Source: Hemiscyllium ocellatum (lineage: Eukaryota). Taken from it: DNA of 64,000 bases. Positions 61,790-64,000 of this stretch are shown here, in pieces. A program made the position numbers and the translations under genes. Below the pieces are notes generated by a model. The model had not been told where the DNA came from. It was given only the letters and a program-made list of their open reading frames with translations, and ran no database searches. The stretch lies in the NCBI RefSeq assembly GCF_020745735.1, contig NC_083418.1, forward strand, positions 68,589,776 through 68,653,775, in the 5' to 3' direction. Each line of letters begins with the position of its first letter. The stretch's first letter is position 1.

Positions 61790-64000
61790 GACTTGAGGGA
61801 AATAGAGTACGCAGCCATGAGTAAAGAGCCGTTATTCGAGCCAGCAACATAATAGGAGTTTTTGGGACATAAACCAAGAGTAGGAAGGCTAAAGTATTTG
61901 TAAGCCCACTGGAAGTCTCCGGGCTTTCTTTCCAGCACTCTAACACAAAGGAAGCACATGGTGAGGAGAGTGCGAGAGAGAGAGAAAACCTGCACAGTTA
62001 CTGCCTTTGCAGTTTTGACTTCATCTATCGCTGGGAAAATTAACGAAGTGAAATTCACAACTAATCTTGGAGGAACCTGTTTGGGTGAAATTCACAGCAC
62101 AGATTCAGATAAGTTAATCATTTCAAGTGTGTCCAATAGGAAGGCTGCATTAGTGAGTAGAGTGGGTTCTTTCTTATGGTTTTTGTGCTATGTCTCGTGA
62201 TTGAACTTAAAATATAAGCCATAACTATTAATTTAACATGGGGCAGTGTTTTGTAGAGGAATAAGATGGTGTTATTTTCTGGGTCTGTAGATTGTGAAGG
62301 AGCAAAAATAGCCTTTAGTACAGTGATATGTACTACTTGTCAAATGTGGGAGTTTGAAGAGAGTTTAAGAGTTACTGTGGATTATATCTGCAATAAATGC
62401 TATTGGCTGCTTATCAGATCTAATGAATCAATTGGAGAGACAGTTTGAAGCAATGAGGAATTTACAATAGCAACAGTATGTGATGGATGGCAGTTATAGG
62501 AAGGGGGGAATGTCTCAGATACTGTCACATAGATGGGTTAAGTCCAGGAAGGGTGAGAGAGGTAGGCAGCTAGTGCAGGAGTTCTGTGGATATACCCATT
62601 TCAAACAGATATGTTGTTTTGGAAAATGTAGGGGGTGATGAATTCTCAGGAGAACATAGCACGAACAGCCAAGTTTCTGTCATTGAGAGTGGCTCTAATG
62701 CAATGAGGGGTACGTCGGCTTCCAAGAGATCAATTGTGTTAGGGGACCTGAACTGCTCTGCTCTTCCAGCACCACTAATCCAGAATCTGGTTTCCAGCAT
62801 CTACAGTCATTGTTTTTACCTTGTGTTAGGGGACTGTCTAGTCCGAGGTACAGGCAGACGTTTCTGTGGTCAGCAGCGAAAAAGTAGAATGGCGTGTTGC
62901 TTCCCTGGCACCAGGATCAAGGATGTCTCAGAGAGGGTGCAGAATGTTCTCACGGGGGAGAGGGGCCAGCAAGAAGTCATTGTCCACATTAGAACCAACG
63001 ACATAGGAAGGGAAATGGTTGAGATTCTGAAGGGAGATAACAGAGAGTGAGGCAGAAATTTAAAAAGGGGGCCCTCGAGTTGTAATGTTTGCATTACTCC
63101 CAGTGCAACGAGCTAGTGCGGGCAGGAATAGGAGGATAGAGCAGATGAATGCATGGCTGAGGAGCTAGTGTATGGGAGAAGGATTTACATTTTTGGATCA
63201 TTGGAATCTCTTTTGGGGTAGAAGTGACCTGTACAAGAAGGATGGATTGCGCCTAAATTGGAAGGGGACTAATATACTGGCAGGGGCATTTGCTACAGAC
63301 GCTCAAGAGGATTTAAACTAGTAAAGTGGGGGGTGTAGGACCCAGCGAGATAGTGAGGAAAGAGATCAATCTGAGACTGGTACAGTTGAGAACAGAAGCG
63401 AGTCAAACAGTCAGGGCAGGCAGGGACAAGATAGGACTAATAAATTAAACTGCATTTATTTCAATGCAAGGGACCTAACAGGGAAGGCAGATGAACTCAG
63501 GGCCTGGTTCAGAACATGGGACTGGGATATCATAGCAATTACAGAAACATGGCTCAGGGATGGGCAGGACTGGCAAATTAGTGTTGTAGGATACAAATGC
63601 TACAGGAAGGATAGAAAGGGAGGCAAGAGAGGAGGGGGAGTGGCGTTTTTGATAAGGGATAACATTACAGCTGTGCTGAGGGAGGATATACCTGGAAATA
63701 CATCCAGGCAAGTTATTTGGGTGGAACTGAGAAATAAGAAAGGGATGATCACCTTGTTGGAATTGTATTATAAACCCCCAATAGTCAGAGGGAAATTGAG
63801 AAACAAACTTGAAAGGAGATCTCAGCTATCTGTAAGAATAATAGGGTGGTTATGGTAGGGGATTTTAACTTTCCAAACATCGACTGGGACTGCCGTAGTG
63901 TTAAAGGTTTAGATGGAGAGCAATTTGTTCAGTGTGTACAAGACAATTTTCTGATCTAGTATGTGGATGTATCTACTAGTGAAGGTGCAAAACTTGACCT
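61790..64000 (+). mobile_element. CR1-clade LINE 5' part: 5'UTR, ORF1 (zinc finger + SGNH esterase, ~62300-63321), ORF2 APE endonuclease from ~63445; decayed
   Basis: CTTC...CNKC, IPISNRYVVL, IVLGDCLVRG...CFPG...VHIRTND...DGLRLN; LNCIYFNAR...IIAITETWL...GGGVAFL...GDFNFPNIDW. 5' boundary uncertain. Confidence 0.92.
62748..62820 (+). mobile_element. 73-bp PLE 3'-end fragment (B-related) inserted in CR1 ORF1
   Basis: Perfect 14-bp TSD ttgtgttaggggac 62734-62747 / 62821-62834; ttccagcaccac...ttccagcatctacagtc resembles the family B tail. Confidence 0.8.

Overview
Repeat-dense vertebrate DNA, almost certainly from a cartilaginous fish (shark; possibly a bamboo/carpet shark, which I cannot confirm). 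The assignment rests on ~14 HE1-type V-SINEs and many CR1/HER1-type LINE fragments. No host protein-coding gene could be recognised. The window reads like one long intron or 5' region, probably transcribed on the + strand, with a few unconfirmed short exon candidates. Nearly all ORFs in the track come from repeats. The most interesting signal is about 15 short Penelope-like (PLE) insertions of 4-5 families. Most are asymmetric inverted repeats, many have 12-14 bp target-site duplications (TSDs), and most carry minimal type I hammerhead ribozyme (HHR) motifs (CUGANGA-stem II-GAA-palindromic ACGU/AGCU-H), intact in some copies and CpG-decayed in others. One young copy (9838-10212) also keeps the C-terminus of the PLE ORF. 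Also present: a second tRNA-derived SINE and its likely partner LINE, a Tigger/pogo-like MITE, LTR-like remnants, microsatellites, and the 5' part of a CR1 (zinc-finger/esterase ORF1 plus APE endonuclease) at the right end. Repeat boundaries are approximate unless a TSD is quoted.
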